Assembly: GCF_009914755.1 (NCBI RefSeq)
Contig: NC_060932.1
Length of the DNA stretch: 64,000 nt
Source: the human T2T-CHM13v2.0 reference genome, Homo sapiens
Strand: one strand, 5' to 3'
Under the pieces are notes generated by a model. The model did no database searches, was not told the origin of the DNA, and was given only the letters and a program-made list of their open reading frames with translations. Each line of letters opens with the position of its first letter. Position 1 is the stretch's first letter. A program made the translations under genes and the position numbers. Of this stretch, positions 34,401-49,000 are shown piece by piece.

Positions 34401-37322
34401 AAACTTCTTTGTGATGTTTGCATCCAGCTCTCAGAGTTGAACATTCCCTTTCATAGAGTAGGTTTGAAACCCTCTTTTTATAGTGTCTGGAAGCGGGCAT
34501 TTGGAGCGCTTTCAGGCCTATGCTGAAAAAGGAAATATCTACATATAGAAACTAGACAGAAGCATTCTGAGAATCAAGTTTGTGATGTGGGTACTCAACT
34601 AACAGTGTTGATCCATTCTTTTGATACAGCAGTTTTGAACCACACTTTTTGTAGAATCTGCAAGTGGATATTTGGATAGCTGTGAGGATTTCGTTGGAAA
34701 CGGGAATGTCTTCATAGAAAATTTAGACAGAAGCATTCTCAGAACCTTGATTGTGATGTGTGTTCTCCACTAACAGAGTTGAACCTTTCTTTTGACAGAA
34801 CTGTTCTGAAACATTCTTTTTATAGAATCTGGAAGTGGATATTTGGAAAGCTTTGAGGATTTCGTTGGAAACGGGAATATCTTCAAATAAAATCTAGCCA
34901 GAAGCATTCTAAGAAACATCTTAGGGATGTTTACATTCAAGTCACAGAGTTGAACATTCCCTTTCACAGAGCAGGTTTGAAACAATCTTCTCGTACTATC
35001 TGGCAGTGGACATTTTGAGCTCTTTGGGGCCTATGCTGAAAAAGGAAATATCTTCCGACAAAAACTAGTCAGAAGCATTCGCAGAATCACGTTTGTGATG
35101 TGTGCACTCAACTGTCAGAAGTGAACCTTGGTTTGGAGAGAGCACTTTTGAAACACACTTTTTGTAGAATCTGCAGGTGGATATTTGGCTAGCTTTGAGG
35201 ATTTCGTTGGAAACGGTAATGTCTTCAAAGAAAATCTAGACAGAAGCATTCTCAGAAACACCTTCGTGATGTTTGCAATCAAGTCACAGAGTTGAACCTT
35301 CCGTTTCATAGAGCAGGTTGGAAACACACTTTTTGTAGTATCTGGAAGTGGACATTTGGAGGGCTTTGTAGCCTATCTGGAAAAAGGAAATATCTTCCCA
35401 TGAATGCGAGATAGATGTAATCTCAGAAACATGTTTATGCTGTATCTACTCAACTAACTGTGCTGAACATTTCTATTGATAGAGCAGTTTTGAGACACTC
35501 TTCTTTTGGAATCTGCAAGTGGATATTTGGATAGATTTGAGGATTTCGTTGGAAACGGGATTATATATAAAAAGTAGACAGCAGCATTCTCAGAAACTTC
35601 TTTGTGATGTTTGCATCCAGCTCTCAGAGTTGAACATTCCCTTTCATAGAGTAGGTTTGAAACCCTCTTTTTATAGTGTCTAGAAGCGGGCATTTGGAGC
35701 GCTTACAGGCCTATGCTTAAAATAGGAAATATCCACCTACAGAAACTAGACAGAAGCATTCTGAGAATCACGTTTGTGATGTGGGTACTCAACTAACAGT
35801 GTTGATCCATTCTTTTGATACAGCAGTTTTGAACCACACTTTTTGTAGAATCTGCAAGTGGATATTTGGATAGCTGTGAGGATTTCGTTGGAAACGGGAA
35901 TGTCTTCATAGAAAATTTAGACAGAAGCATTCTCAGAACCTTGATTGTGATGTGTGTTCTCCACTAACAGAGTTGAACCTTTCTTTTGACAGAACTGTTC
36001 TGAAACATTCTTTTTATAGAATCTGAAAGTGGATATTTGGAAAGATTTGAGGATTTCGTTGGAAACGGGAATATCTTCAAATCAAATCTAGCCAGAAGCA
36101 TTCTAAGAAACATCTTAGGGATGTTTACATTCAAGTCACAGAGTTGAACATTCCCTTTCACAGAGCAGGTTTGAAACAATCTTCTCGTACTATCTGGCAG
36201 TGGACATTTTGAGCTCCTTGGGGCCTATGCTGAAAAAGGAAATATCTTCCAACAAAAACTAGACAGAAGCATTCGCAGAATCACGTTTGTGATGTGTGCA
36301 CTCAACTGTCAGAATTGAACCTTGGTTTGGACAGAGCACTTTTGAAACACTCTTTTTGTAGAATCTGCAGGTGGATATTTGGCTAGCTTTGAGGATTTCG
36401 TTGGAAACGGTAATGTCTTCAAAGAAAATCTAGACAGAAGCATTCTCAGAAACACCTTCGTGATGTTTGCAATCAAGTCACAGAGTTGAACCTTCCGTTT
36501 CATAGAGCAGGTTGGAAACACTCTTTTTGTAGTATCTGGAAGTGGACATTTGGAGCACTTTCAGGCCTATGGTGAAAAAGGAAATATCTTCCCATAAAAA
36601 CGACATAGAAGCTATCTCAGGAACTTGTTTATGATGCATCTAATCAACTAACAGTGTTGAACCTTTGTACTGACAGAGCAGTTTGAAACACTCTTTTTTT
36701 GGAATCTGCAAGTGGATATTTGGATCGCTTTGAGGATTTCGTTGGAAACGGGATGCAATATAAAACGTACACAGCAGCATACTCAGAAAATACTTTGCCA
36801 TATTTCCATTCAAGTCACAGAGTGGAACATTCCCATTCATAGAGCAGGTTTGAAACACTCTTTTTGGAGTATCTGGAAGTGGACATTTGGAGCGCTTTCT
36901 GAACTATGGTGAAAAAGGAAATAACTTCCAATGAAAACAAGACAGAAGCATTCTGAGAAACTTATTTGTGATGTGTGTCCTCAACAAACGGACTTGAACC
37001 TTTCGTTTCATGCAGTACTTCTGGAACACTCTTTTTGAAGATTCTGCATGCGGATATTTGGATAGCTTTGAGGATTTCGTTGGAAACGGGCTTACATGTA
37101 AAAATTAGACAGCAGCATTCTCAGAAACTTCTTTGTGGTGTCTGCATTCAAGTCACAGAATTGAACTTCCCCTCACATAGAGCAGTTGTGCAGCACTCTA
37201 TTTGTAGTATCTGGAAGTGGACATTTGGAGGGCTTTGTAGCCTATCTGGAAAAAGGAAATATCTTCCCATGAATGCGAGATAGAAGTAATCTCAGAAACA
37301 TGTTTATGCTGTATCTACTCAA
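28487..37322 (+). repeat. Super-HOR (8-7-11, 26 monomers, 4418 bp) x2
   Basis: Anchors at 28487, 32905 and 37323. Shared variants 'gaagtgaacc', 'gaatctgaaagtgg' and 'cttccaacaaaa' recur 4418 bp apart. Confidence 0.9.
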
Positions 37323-40300
37323 CTAACTGTGCTGAACATTTCTATTGATAGAGCAGTTTTGAGACACTCTTCTTTTGGAATCTGCAAGTGGAAATTTGGA
37401 TAGATTTGAGGATTTCGTTGGAAACGGGATGATATATAAAAAGTAGACAGCAGCATTCTCAGAAACTTCTTTGTGATGTTTGCATCCAGCTCTCAGAGTT
37501 GAACATTCCCTTTCATAGAGTAGGTTTGAAACCCTCTTTTTATAGTGTCTGGAAGCGGGCATTTGGAGCGCTTTCAGGCCTATGCTGAAAAAGGAAATAT
37601 CTACCTATAGAAACTAGACAGAAGCATTCTGAGAATCACGTTTGTGATGTGGGTACTCAACTAACAGTGTTGATCCATTCTTTTGATACAGCAGTTTTGA
37701 ACCACACTTTTTGTAGAATCTGCAAGTGGATATTTGGATAGCTGTGAGGATTTCGTTGGAAACGGGAATGTCTTCAAAGAAAATTTAGACAGAAGCATTC
37801 TCAGAACCTTGATTGTGATGTGTGTTCTCCACTAACAGAGTTGAACCTTTCTTTTGACAGAACTGTTCTGAAACATTCTTTTTATAGAATCTGGAAGTGG
37901 ATATTTGGAAAGCTTTGAGGATTTCGTTGGAAACGGGAATATCTTCAAATCAAATCTAGCCAGAAGCATTCTAAGAAACATCTTAGGGATGTTTACATTC
38001 AAGTCACAGAGTTGAACATTCCCTTTCACAGAGCAGGTTTGAAACAATCTTCTCGTACTATCTGGCAGTGGACATTTTGAGCTCCTTGGGGCCTATGCTG
38101 AAAAAGGAAATATCTTCCGACAAAAACTAGACAGAAGCATTCGCAGAATCACGTTTGTGATGTGTGCACTCAACTGTCAGAATTGAACCTTGGTTTGGAC
38201 AGAGCACTTTTGAAACACTCTTTTTGTAGAATCTGCAGGTGGATATTTGGCTAGCTTTGAGGATTTCGTTGGAAACGGTAATGTCTTCAAAGAAAATCTA
38301 GACAGAAGCATTCTCAGAAACACCTTCGTGATGTTTGCAATCAAGTCACAGAGTTGAACCTTCCGTTTCATAGAGCAGGTTGGAAACACTCTTTTTGTAG
38401 TATCTGGAAGTGGACATTTGGAGCGCTTTCAGGCCTATGGTGAAAAAGGAAATATCTTCCCATAAAAACGACATAGAAGCTATCTCAGGAACTTGTTTAT
38501 GATGCATCTAATCAACTAACAGTGTTGAACCTTTGTACTGACAGAGCAGTTTGAAACACTCTTTTTTTGGAATCTGCAAGTGGATATTTGGATCGCTTTG
38601 AGGATTTCGTTGGAAACGGGATGCAATATAAAACGTACACAGCAGCATACTCAGAAAATACTTTGCCATATTTCCATTCAAGTCACAGAGTGGAACATTC
38701 CCATTCATAGAGCAGGTTTGAAACACTCTTTTTGGAGTATCTGGAAGTGGACATTTGGAGCGCTTTCTGAACTATGGTGAAAAAGGAAATAACTTCCAAT
38801 GAAAACAAGACAGAAGCATTCTGAGAAACTTATTTGTGATGTGTGTCCTCAACAAACGGACTTGAACCTTTCGTTTCATGCAGTACTTCTGGAACACTCT
38901 TTTTGAAGATTCTGCATGCGGATATTTGGATAGCTTTGAGGATTTCGTTGGAAACGGGCTTACATGTAAAAATTAGACAGCAGCATTCTCAGAAACTTCT
39001 TTGTGGTGTCTGCATTCAAGTCACAGAATTGAACTTCCCCTCACATAGAGCAGTTGTGCAGCACTCTATTTGTAGTATCTGGAAGTGGACATTTGGAGGG
39101 CTTTGTAGCCTATCTGGAAAAAGGAAATATCTTCCCATGAATGCGAGATAGAAGTAATCTCAGAAACATGTTTATGCTGTATCTACTCAACTAACTGTGC
39201 TGAACATTTCTATTGATAGAGCAGTTTTGAGACACTCTTCTTTTGGAATCTGCAAGTGCATATTTGGATAGATTTGAGGATTTCGTTGGAAACGGGATGA
39301 TATATAAAAAGTAGACAGCAGCATTCTCAGAAACTTCTTTGTGATGTTTGCATCCAGCTCTCAGAGTTGAACATTCCCTTTCATAGAGTAGGTTTGAAAC
39401 CCTCTTTTTATAGTGTCTGGAAGCGGGCATTTGGAGCGCTTTCAGGCCTATGCTGAAAAAGGAAATATCTACCTATAGAAACTAGACAGAAGCATTCTGA
39501 GAATCACGTTTGTGATGTGGGTACTCAACTAACAGTGTTGATCCATTCTTTTGATACAGCAGTTTTGAACCACACTTTTTGTAGAATCTGCAAGTGGATA
39601 TTTGGATAGCTGTGAGGATTTCGTTGGAAACGGGAATGTCTTCATAGAAAATTTAGACAGAAGCATTCTCAGAACCTTGATTGTGATGTGTGTTCTCCAC
39701 TAACAGAGTTGAACCTTTCTTTTGACAGAACTGTTCTGAAACATTCTTTTTATAGAATCTGGAAGTGGATATTTGGAAAGCTTTGAGGATTTCGTTGGAA
39801 ACGGGAATATCTTCAAATCAAATCTAGCCAGAAGCATTCTAAGAAACATCTTAGGGATGTTTACATTCAAGTCACAGAGTTGAACATTCCCTTTCACAGA
39901 GCAGGTTTGAAACAATCTTCTCGTACTATCTGGCAGTGGACATTTTGAGCTCCTTGGGGCCTATGCTGAAAAAGGAAATATCTTCCGACAAAAACTAGAC
40001 AGAAGCATTCGCAGAATCACGTTTGTGATGTGTGCACTCAACTGTCAGAATTGAACCTTGGTTTGGACAGAGCACTTTTGAAACACTCTTTTTGTAGAAT
40101 CTGCAGGTGGATATTTGGCTAGCTTTGAGGATTTCGTTGGAAACGGTAATGTCTTCAAAGAAAATCTAGACAGAAGCATTCTCAGAAACACCTTCGTGAT
40201 GTTTGCAATCAAGTCACAGAGTTGAACCTTCCGTTTCATAGAGCAGGTTGGAAACACTCTTTTTGTAGTATCTGGAAGTGGACATTTGGAGGGCTTTGTA

Positions 40301-43095
40301 GCCTATCTGGAAAAAGGAAATATCTTCCCATGAATGCGAGATAGAAGTAATCTCAGAAACATGTTTATGCTGTATCTACTCAACTAACTGTGCTGAACAT
40401 TTCTATTGATAGAGCAGTTTTGAGACACTCTTCTTTTGGAATCTGCAAGTGGATATTTGGATAGATTTGAGGATTTCGTTGGAAACGGGATTATATATAA
40501 AAAGTAGACAGCAGCATTCTCAGAAACTTCTTTGTGATGTTTGCATCCAGCTCTCAGAGTTGAACATTCCCTTTCATAGAGTAGGTTTGAAACCCTCTTT
40601 TTATAGTGTCTGGAAGCGGGCATTTGGAGCGCTTTCAGGCCTATGCTTAAAATAGGAAATATCTACCTACAGAAACTAGACAGAAGCATTCTGAGAATCA
40701 CGTTTGTGATGTGGGTACTCAACTAACAGTGTTGATCCATTCTTTTGATACAGCAGTTTTGAACCACACTTTTTGTAGAATCTGCAAGAGGATATTTGGA
40801 TAGCTGTGAGGATTTCGTTGGAAACGGGAATGTCTTCAAAGAAAATCTAGACAGAAGCATTCTCAGAAACACCTTCGTGATGTTTGCAATCAAGTCACAG
40901 AGTTGAACCTTCCGTTTCATAGAGCAGGTTGGAAACACTCTTATTGTAGTATCTGGAAGTGGACATTTGGAGCGCTTTCAGGCCTATGGTGAAAAAGGAA
41001 ATATCTTCCCATAAAAACGACATAGAAGCTATCTCAGGAACTTGTTTATGATGCATCTAATCAACTAACAGTGTTGAACCTTTGTACTGACAGAGTAGTT
41101 TGAAACACTCTTTTTTTGGAATCTGCAAGTGGATATTTGGATCACTTTGAGGATTTCGTTGGAAACGGGATGCAATATAAAACGTACACAGCAGCATACT
41201 CAGAAAATACTTTGCCATGTTTCCATTCAAGTCACAGAGTGGAACATTCCCATTCATAGAGCAGGTTGGAAACACTCTTTTTGGAGTATCTGGAAGTGGA
41301 CATTTGGAGCGCTTTCTGAACTATGGTGAAAAAGGAAATATCTTCCAATGAAAACAAGACAGAAGCATTCTGAGAAACTTATTTGTGATGTGTGTCCTCA
41401 ACAAACGGACTTGAACCTTTCGTTTCATGCAGTACTTCTGGAACACTCTTTTTGAAGATTCTGCATGCGGATATTTGGATAGCTTTGAGGATTTCGTTGG
41501 AAACGGCCTTACATGTAAAAATTAGACAGCAGCATTCTCAGAAACTTCTTTGTGGTGTCTGCATTCAAGTCACAGAATTGAACTTCCCCTCACATAGAGC
41601 AGTTGTGCAGCACTCTATTTGTAGTATCTGGAAGTGGACATTTGGAGGGCTTTGTAGCCTATCTGGAAAAAGGAAATATCTTCCCATGAATGCGAGATAG
41701 AAGTAATCTCAGAAACGTGTTTATGCTGTATCTACTCAACTAACTGTGCTGAACATTTCTATTGATAGAGCAGTTTTGAGACACTCTTCTTTTGGAATCT
41801 GCAAGTGGATATTTGGATAGATTTGAGGATTTCGTTGGAAACGGGATTATATATAAAAAGTAGACAGCAGCATTCTCAGAAACTTCTTTGTGATGTTTGC
41901 ATCCAGCTCTCAGAGTTGAACATTCCCTTTCATAGAGTAGGTTTGAAACCCTCTTTTTATAGTGTCTGGAAGCGGGCATTTGGAGCGCTTTCAGGCCTAT
42001 GCTTAAAATAGGAAATATCTACCTACAGAAACTAGACAGAAGCATTCTGAGAATCACGTTTGTGATGTGGGTACTCAACTAACAGTGTTGATCCATTCTT
42101 TTGATACAGCAGTTTTGAACCACACTTTTTGTAGAATCTGCAAGAGGATATTTGGATAGCTGTGAGGATTTCGTTGGAAACGGGAATGTCTTCAAAGAAA
42201 ATCTAGACAGAAGCATTCTGAGGAACACCTTCGTGATGTTTGCAATCAAGTCACAGAGTTGAACCTTCCGTTTCATAGAGCAGGTTGGAAACACTCTTAT
42301 TGTAGTATCTGGAAGTGGACATTTGGAGCGCTTTCAGGCCTATGGTGAAAAAGGAAATATCTTCCCATAAAAACGACATAGAAGCTATCTCAGGAACTTG
42401 TTTATGATGCATCTAATCAACTAACAGTGTTGAACCTTTGTACTGACAGAGCACTTTGAAACACTCTTTTTTTGGAATCTGCAAGTGGATATTTGGATCG
42501 CTTTGAGGATTTCGTTGGAAACGGGATGCAATATAAAACGTACACAGCAGCATACTCAGAAAATACTTTGCCATATTTCCATTCAAGTCACAGAGTGGAA
42601 CATTCCCATTCATAGAGCAGGTTGGAAACACTCTTTTTGGAGTATCTGGAAGTGGACATTTGGAGCGCTTTCTGAACTATGGTGAAAAAGGAAATATCTT
42701 CCAATGAAAACAAGACAGAAGCATTCTGAGAAACTTATTTGTGATGTGTGTCCTCAACAAACGGACTTGAACCTTTCGTTTCATGCAGTACTTCTGGAAC
42801 ACTCTTTTTGAAGATTCTGCATGCGGATATTTGGATAGCTTTGAGGATTTCGTTGGAAACGGGCTTACATATAAAAATTAGACAGCAGCATTCTCAGAAA
42901 CTTCTTTGTGGTGTCTGCATTCAAGTCACAGAATTGAACTTCCCCTCACATAGAGCAGTTGTGCAGCACTCTATTTGTAGTATCTGGAAGTGGACATTTG
43001 GAGGGCTTTGTAGCCTATCTGGAAAAAGGAAATATCTTCCCATGAATGCGAGATAGAAGTAATCTCAGAAACATGTTTATGCTGTATCTACTCAA
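37323..43095 (+). repeat. HOR run 11-7-8-8
   Basis: Anchors at 37323, 39191, 40384, 41740 and 43096. Confidence 0.9.
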
Positions 43096-46000
43096 CTAAC
43101 TGTGCTGAACATTTCTATTGATAGAGCAGTTTTGAGACCCTCTTCTTTTGGAATCTGCAAGTGGATATTTGGATAGATTTGAGGATTTCGTTGGAAACGG
43201 GATTATATATAAAAAGTAGACAGCAGCATTCTCAGAAACTTCTTTGTGATGTTTGCATCCAGCTCTCAGAGTTGAACATTCCCTTTCATAGAGTAGGTTT
43301 GAAACCCTCTTTTTATAGTGTCTGGAAGCGGGCATTTGGAGCGCTTTCAGGCCTATGCTGAAAAAGGAAATATCTACATATAGAAACTAGACAGAAGCAT
43401 TCTGAGAATCAAGTTTGTGATGTGGGTACTCAACTAACAGTGTTGATCCATTCTTTTGATACAGCAGTTTTGAACCACACTTTTTGTAGAATCTGCAAGT
43501 GGATATTTGGATAGCTGTGAGGATTTCGTTGGAAACGGGAATGTCTTCATAGAAAATTTAGACAGAAGCATTCTCAGAACCTTGATTGTGATGTGTGTTC
43601 TCCACTAACAGAGTTGAACCTTTCTTTTGACAGAACTGTTCTGAAACATTCTTTTTATAGAATCTGGAAGTGGATATTTGGAAAGCTTTGAGGATTTCGT
43701 TGGAAACGGGAATATCTTCAAATAAAATCTAGCCAGAAGTATTCTAAGAAACATCTTAGGGATGTTTACATTCAAGTCACAGAGTTGAACATTCCCTTTC
43801 ACAGAGCAGGTTTGAAACAATCTTCTCGTACTATCTGGCAGTGGACATTTTGAGCTCTTTGGGGCCTATGCTGAAAAAGGAAATATCTTCCGACAAAAAC
43901 TAGTCAGAAGCATTCGCAGAATCACGTTTGTGATGTGTGCATTCAACTGTCAGAATTGAACCTTGGTTTGGAGAGAGCACTTTTGAAACACACTTTTTGT
44001 AGAATCTGCAGGTGGATATTTGGCTAGCTTTGAGGATTTCGTTGGAAACGGTAATGTCTTCAAAGAAAATCTAGACAGAAGCATTCTCAGAAACACCTTC
44101 GTGATGTTTGCAATCAAGTCACAGAGTTGAACCTTCCGTTTCATAGAGCAGGTTGGAAACACACTTTTTGTAGTATCTGGAAGTGGACATTTGGAGGGCT
44201 TTGTAGCCTATCTGGAAAAAGGAAATATCTTCCCATGAATGCGAGATAGATGTAATCTCAGAAACATGTTTATGCTGTATCTACTCAACTAACTGTGCTG
44301 AACATTTCTATTGATAGAGCAGTTTTGAGACACTCTTCTTTTGGAATCTGCAAGTGGATATTTGGATAGATTTGAGGATTTCGTTGGAAACGGGATTATA
44401 TATAAAAAGTAGACAGCAGCATTCTCAGAAACTTCTTTGTGATGTTTGCATCCAGCTCTCAGAGTTGAACATTCCCTTTCATAGAGTAGGTTTGAAACCC
44501 TCTTTTTATAGTGTCTGGAAGCGGGCATTTGGAGCGCTTTCAGGCCTATGCTGAAAAAGGAAATATCTACCTATAGAAACTAGACAGAAGCATTCTGAGA
44601 ATCACGTTTGTGATGTGGGTACTCAACTAACAGTGTTGATCCATTCTTTTGATACAGCAGTTTTGAACCACACTTTTTGTAGAATCTGCAAGTGGATATT
44701 TGGATAGCTGTGAGGATTTCGTTGGAAACGGGAATGTCTTCATAGAAAATTTAGACAGAAGCATTCTCAGAACCTTGATTGTGATGTGTGTTCTCCACTA
44801 ACAGAGTTGAACCTTTCTTTTGACAGAACTGTTCTGAAACATTCTTTTTATAGAATCTGGAAGTGGATATTTGGAAAGCTTTGAGGATTTCGTTGGAAAC
44901 GGGAATATCTTCAAATAAAATCTAGCCAGAAGCATTCTAAGAAACAGCTTAGGGATGTTTACATTCAAGTCACAGAGTTGAACATTCCCTTTCACAGAGC
45001 AGGTTTGAAACAATCTTCTCGTACTATCTGGCAGTGGACATTTTGAGCTCCTTGGGGCCTATGCTGAAAAAGGAAATATCTTCCGACAAAAACTAGACAG
45101 AAGCATTCGCAGAATCACGTTTGTGATGTGTGCACTCAACTGTCAGAATTGAACCTTGGTTTGGAGAGAGCACTCTTGAAACACTCTTTTTGTAGAATCT
45201 GCAGGTGGATATTTGGCTAGCTTTGAGGATTTCGTTGGAAACGGTAATGTCTTCAAAGAAAATCTAGACAGAAGCATTCTCAGAAACACCTTCGTGATGT
45301 TTGCAATCAAGTCACAGAGTTGAACCTTCCGTTTCATAGAGCAGGTTGGAAACACTCTTTTTGTAGTATCTGGAAGTGGACATTTGGAGTGCTTTCAGGC
45401 CTATGGTGAAAAAGGAAATATCTTCCCATAAAAACGACATAGAAGCTATCTCAGGAACTTGTTTATGATGCATCTAATCAACTAACAGTGTTGAACCTTT
45501 GTACTGACAGAGCAGTTTGAAACACTCTTTTTTTGGAATCTGCAAGTGGATATTTGGATCGCTTTGAGGATTTCGTTGGAAACGGGATGCAATATAAAAC
45601 GTACACAGCAGCATACTCAGAAAATACTTTGCCATATTTCCATTCAAGTCACAGAGTGGAACATTCCCATTCATAGAGCAGGTTGGAAACACTCTTTTTG
45701 GAGTATCTGGAAGTGGACATTTGGAGCGCTTTCTGAACTATGGTGAAAAAGGAAATATCTTCCAATGAAAACAAGACAGAAGCATTCTGAGAAACTTATT
45801 TGTGATGTGTGTCCTCAACAAACGGACTTGAACCTTTCGTTTCATGCAGTACTTCTGGAACACTCTTTTTGAAGATTCTGCATGCGGATATTTGGATAGC
45901 TTTGAGGATTTCGTTGGAAACGGGCTTACATGTAAAAATTAGACAGCAGCATTCTCAGAAACTTCTTTGTGGTGTCTGCATACAAGTCACAGAATTGAAC

Positions 46001-49000
46001 ATCCCCTCACATAGAGCAGTTGTGCAGCACTCTATTTGTAGTATCTGGAAGTGGACATTTGGAGGGCTTTGTAGCCTATCTGGAAAAAGGAAATATCTTC
46101 CCATGAATGCGAGATAGAAGTAATCTCAGAAACATGTTTATGCTGTATCTACTCAACTAACTGTGCTGAACATTTCTATTGATAGAGCAGTTTTGAGACA
46201 CTCTTCTTTTGGAATCTGCAAGTGGATATTTGGATAGATTTGAGGATTTCGTTGGAAACGGGATTATATATAAAAAGTAGACAGCAGCATTCTCAGAAAC
46301 TTCTTTGTGATGTTTGCATCCAGCTCTCAGAGTTGAACATTCCCTTTCATAGAGTAGGTTTGAAACCCTCTTTTTATAGTGTCTGGAAGCGGGCATTTGG
46401 AGCGCTTTCAGGCCTATGCTTAAAATAGGAAATATCTACCTACAGAAACTAGACAGAAGCATTCTGAGAATCACGTTTGTGATGTGGGTACTCAACTAAC
46501 AGTGTTGATCCATTCTTTTGATACAGCAGTTTTGAACCACACTTTTTGTAGAATCTGCAAGAGGATATTTGGATAGCTGTGAGGATTTCGTTGGAAACGG
46601 GAATGTCTTCAAAGAAAATCTAGACAGAAGCATTCTCAGAAACACCTTCGTGATGTTTGCAATCAAGTCACAGAGTTGAACCTTCCGTTTCATAGAGCAG
46701 GTTGGAAACACTCTTATTGTAGTATCTGGAAGTGGACATATGGAGCGCTTTCAGGCCTATGGTGAAAAAGGAAATATCTTCCCATAAAAACGACATAGAA
46801 GCTATCTCAGGAACTTGTTTATGATGCATCTAATCAACTAACAGTGTTGAACCTTTGTACTGACAGAGCACTTTGAAACACTCTTTTTTTGGAATCTGCA
46901 AGTGGATATTTGGATCGCTTTGAGGATTTCGTTGGAAACGGGATGCAATATAAAACGTACACAGCAGCATACTCAGAAAATACTTTGCCATATTTCCATT
47001 CAAGTCACAGAGTGGAACATTCCCATTCATAGAGCAGGTTGGAAACACTCTTTTTGGAGTATCTGGAAGTGGACATTTGGAGCGCTTTCTGAACTATGGT
47101 GAAAAAGGAAATATCTTCCAATGAAAACAAGACAGAAGCATTCTGAGAAACTTATTTGTGATGTGTGTCCTCAACAAACGGACTTGAACCTTTCGTTTCA
47201 TGCAGTACTTCTGGAACACTCTTTTTGAAGATTCTGCATGCGGATATTTGGATAGCTTTGAGGATTTCGTTGGAAACGGGCTTACATGTAAAAATTAGAC
47301 AGCAGCATTCTCAGAAACTTCTTTGTGGTGTCTGCATTCAAGTCACAGAATTGAACTTCCCCTCACATAGAGCAGTTGTGCAGCACTCTATTTGTAGTAT
47401 CTGGAAGTGGACATTTGGAGGGCTTTGTAGCCTATCTGGAAAAAGGAAATATCTTCCCATGAATGCGAGATAGAAGTAATCTCAGAAACATGTTTATGCT
47501 GTATCTACTCAACTAACTGTGCTGAACATTTCTATTGATAGAGCAGTTTTGAGACACTCTTCTTTTGGAATCTGCAAGTGGATATTTGGATAGATTTGAG
47601 GATTTCGTTGGAAACGGGATTATATATAAAAAGTAGACAGCAGCATTCTCAGAAACTTCTTTGTGATGTTTGCATCCAGCTCTCAGAGTTGAACATTCCC
47701 TTTCATAGAGTAGGTTTGAAACCCTCTTTTTATAGTGTCTGGAAGCGGGCATTTGGAGCGCTTTCAGGCCTATGCTGAAAAAGGAAATATCTACCTATAG
47801 AAACTAGACAGAAGCATTCTGAGAATCAAGTTTGTGATGTGGGTACTCAACTAACAGTGTTGATCCATTCTTTTGATACAGCAGTTTTGAACCACACTTT
47901 TTGTAGAATCTGCAAGTGGATATTTGGATAGCTGTGAGGATTTCGTTGGAAACGGGAATGTCTTCATAGAAAATTTAGACAGAAGCATTCTCAGAACCTT
48001 GATTGTGATGTGTGTTCTCCACTAACAGAGTTGAACCTTTCTTTTGACAGAACTGTTCTGAAACATTCTTTTTATAGAATCTGGAAGTGGATATTTGGAA
48101 AGCTTTGAGGATTTCGTTGGAAACGGGAATATCTTCAAATAAAATCTAGCCAGAAGCATTCTAAGAAACATCTTAGGGATGTTTACATTCAAGTCACAGA
48201 GTTGAACATTCCCTTTCACAGAGCAGGTTTGAAACAATCTTCTCGTACTATCTGGCAGTGGACATTTTGAGCTCTTTGGGGCCTATGCTGAAAAAGGAAA
48301 TATCTTCCGACAAAAACTAGTCAGAAGCATTCGCAGAATCACGTTTGTGATGTGTGCACTCAACTGTCAGAATTGAACCTTGGTTTGGAGGGAGCACTTT
48401 TGAAACACACTTTTTGTAGAATCTGCAGGTGGATATTTGGCTAGCTTTGAGGATTTCGTTGGAAACGGTAATGTCTTCAAAGAAAATCTAGACAGAAGCA
48501 TTCTCAGAAACACCTTCGTGATGTTTGCAATCAAGTCACAGAGTTGAACCTTCCGTTTCATAGAGCAGGTTGGAAACACACTTTTTGTAGTATCTGGAAG
48601 TGGACATTTGGAGGGCTTTGTAGCCTATCTGGAAAAAGGAAATATCTTCCCATGAATGCGAGATAGATGTAATCTCAGAAACATGTTTATGCTGTATCTA
48701 CTCAACTAACTGTGCTGAACATTTCTATTGATAGAGCAGTTTTGAGACACTCTTCTTTTGGAATCTGCAAGTGGATATTTGGATAGATTTGAGGATTTCG
48801 TTGGAAACGGGATTATATATAAAAAGTAGACAGCAGCATTCTCAGAAACTTCTTTGTGATGTTTGCATCCAGCTCTCAGAGTTGAACATTCCCTTTCATA
48901 GAGTAGGTTTGAAACCCTCTTTTTATAGTGTCTGGAAGCGGGCATTTGGAGCGCTTTCAGGCCTATGCTGAAAAAGGAAATATCTACCTATAGAAACTAG

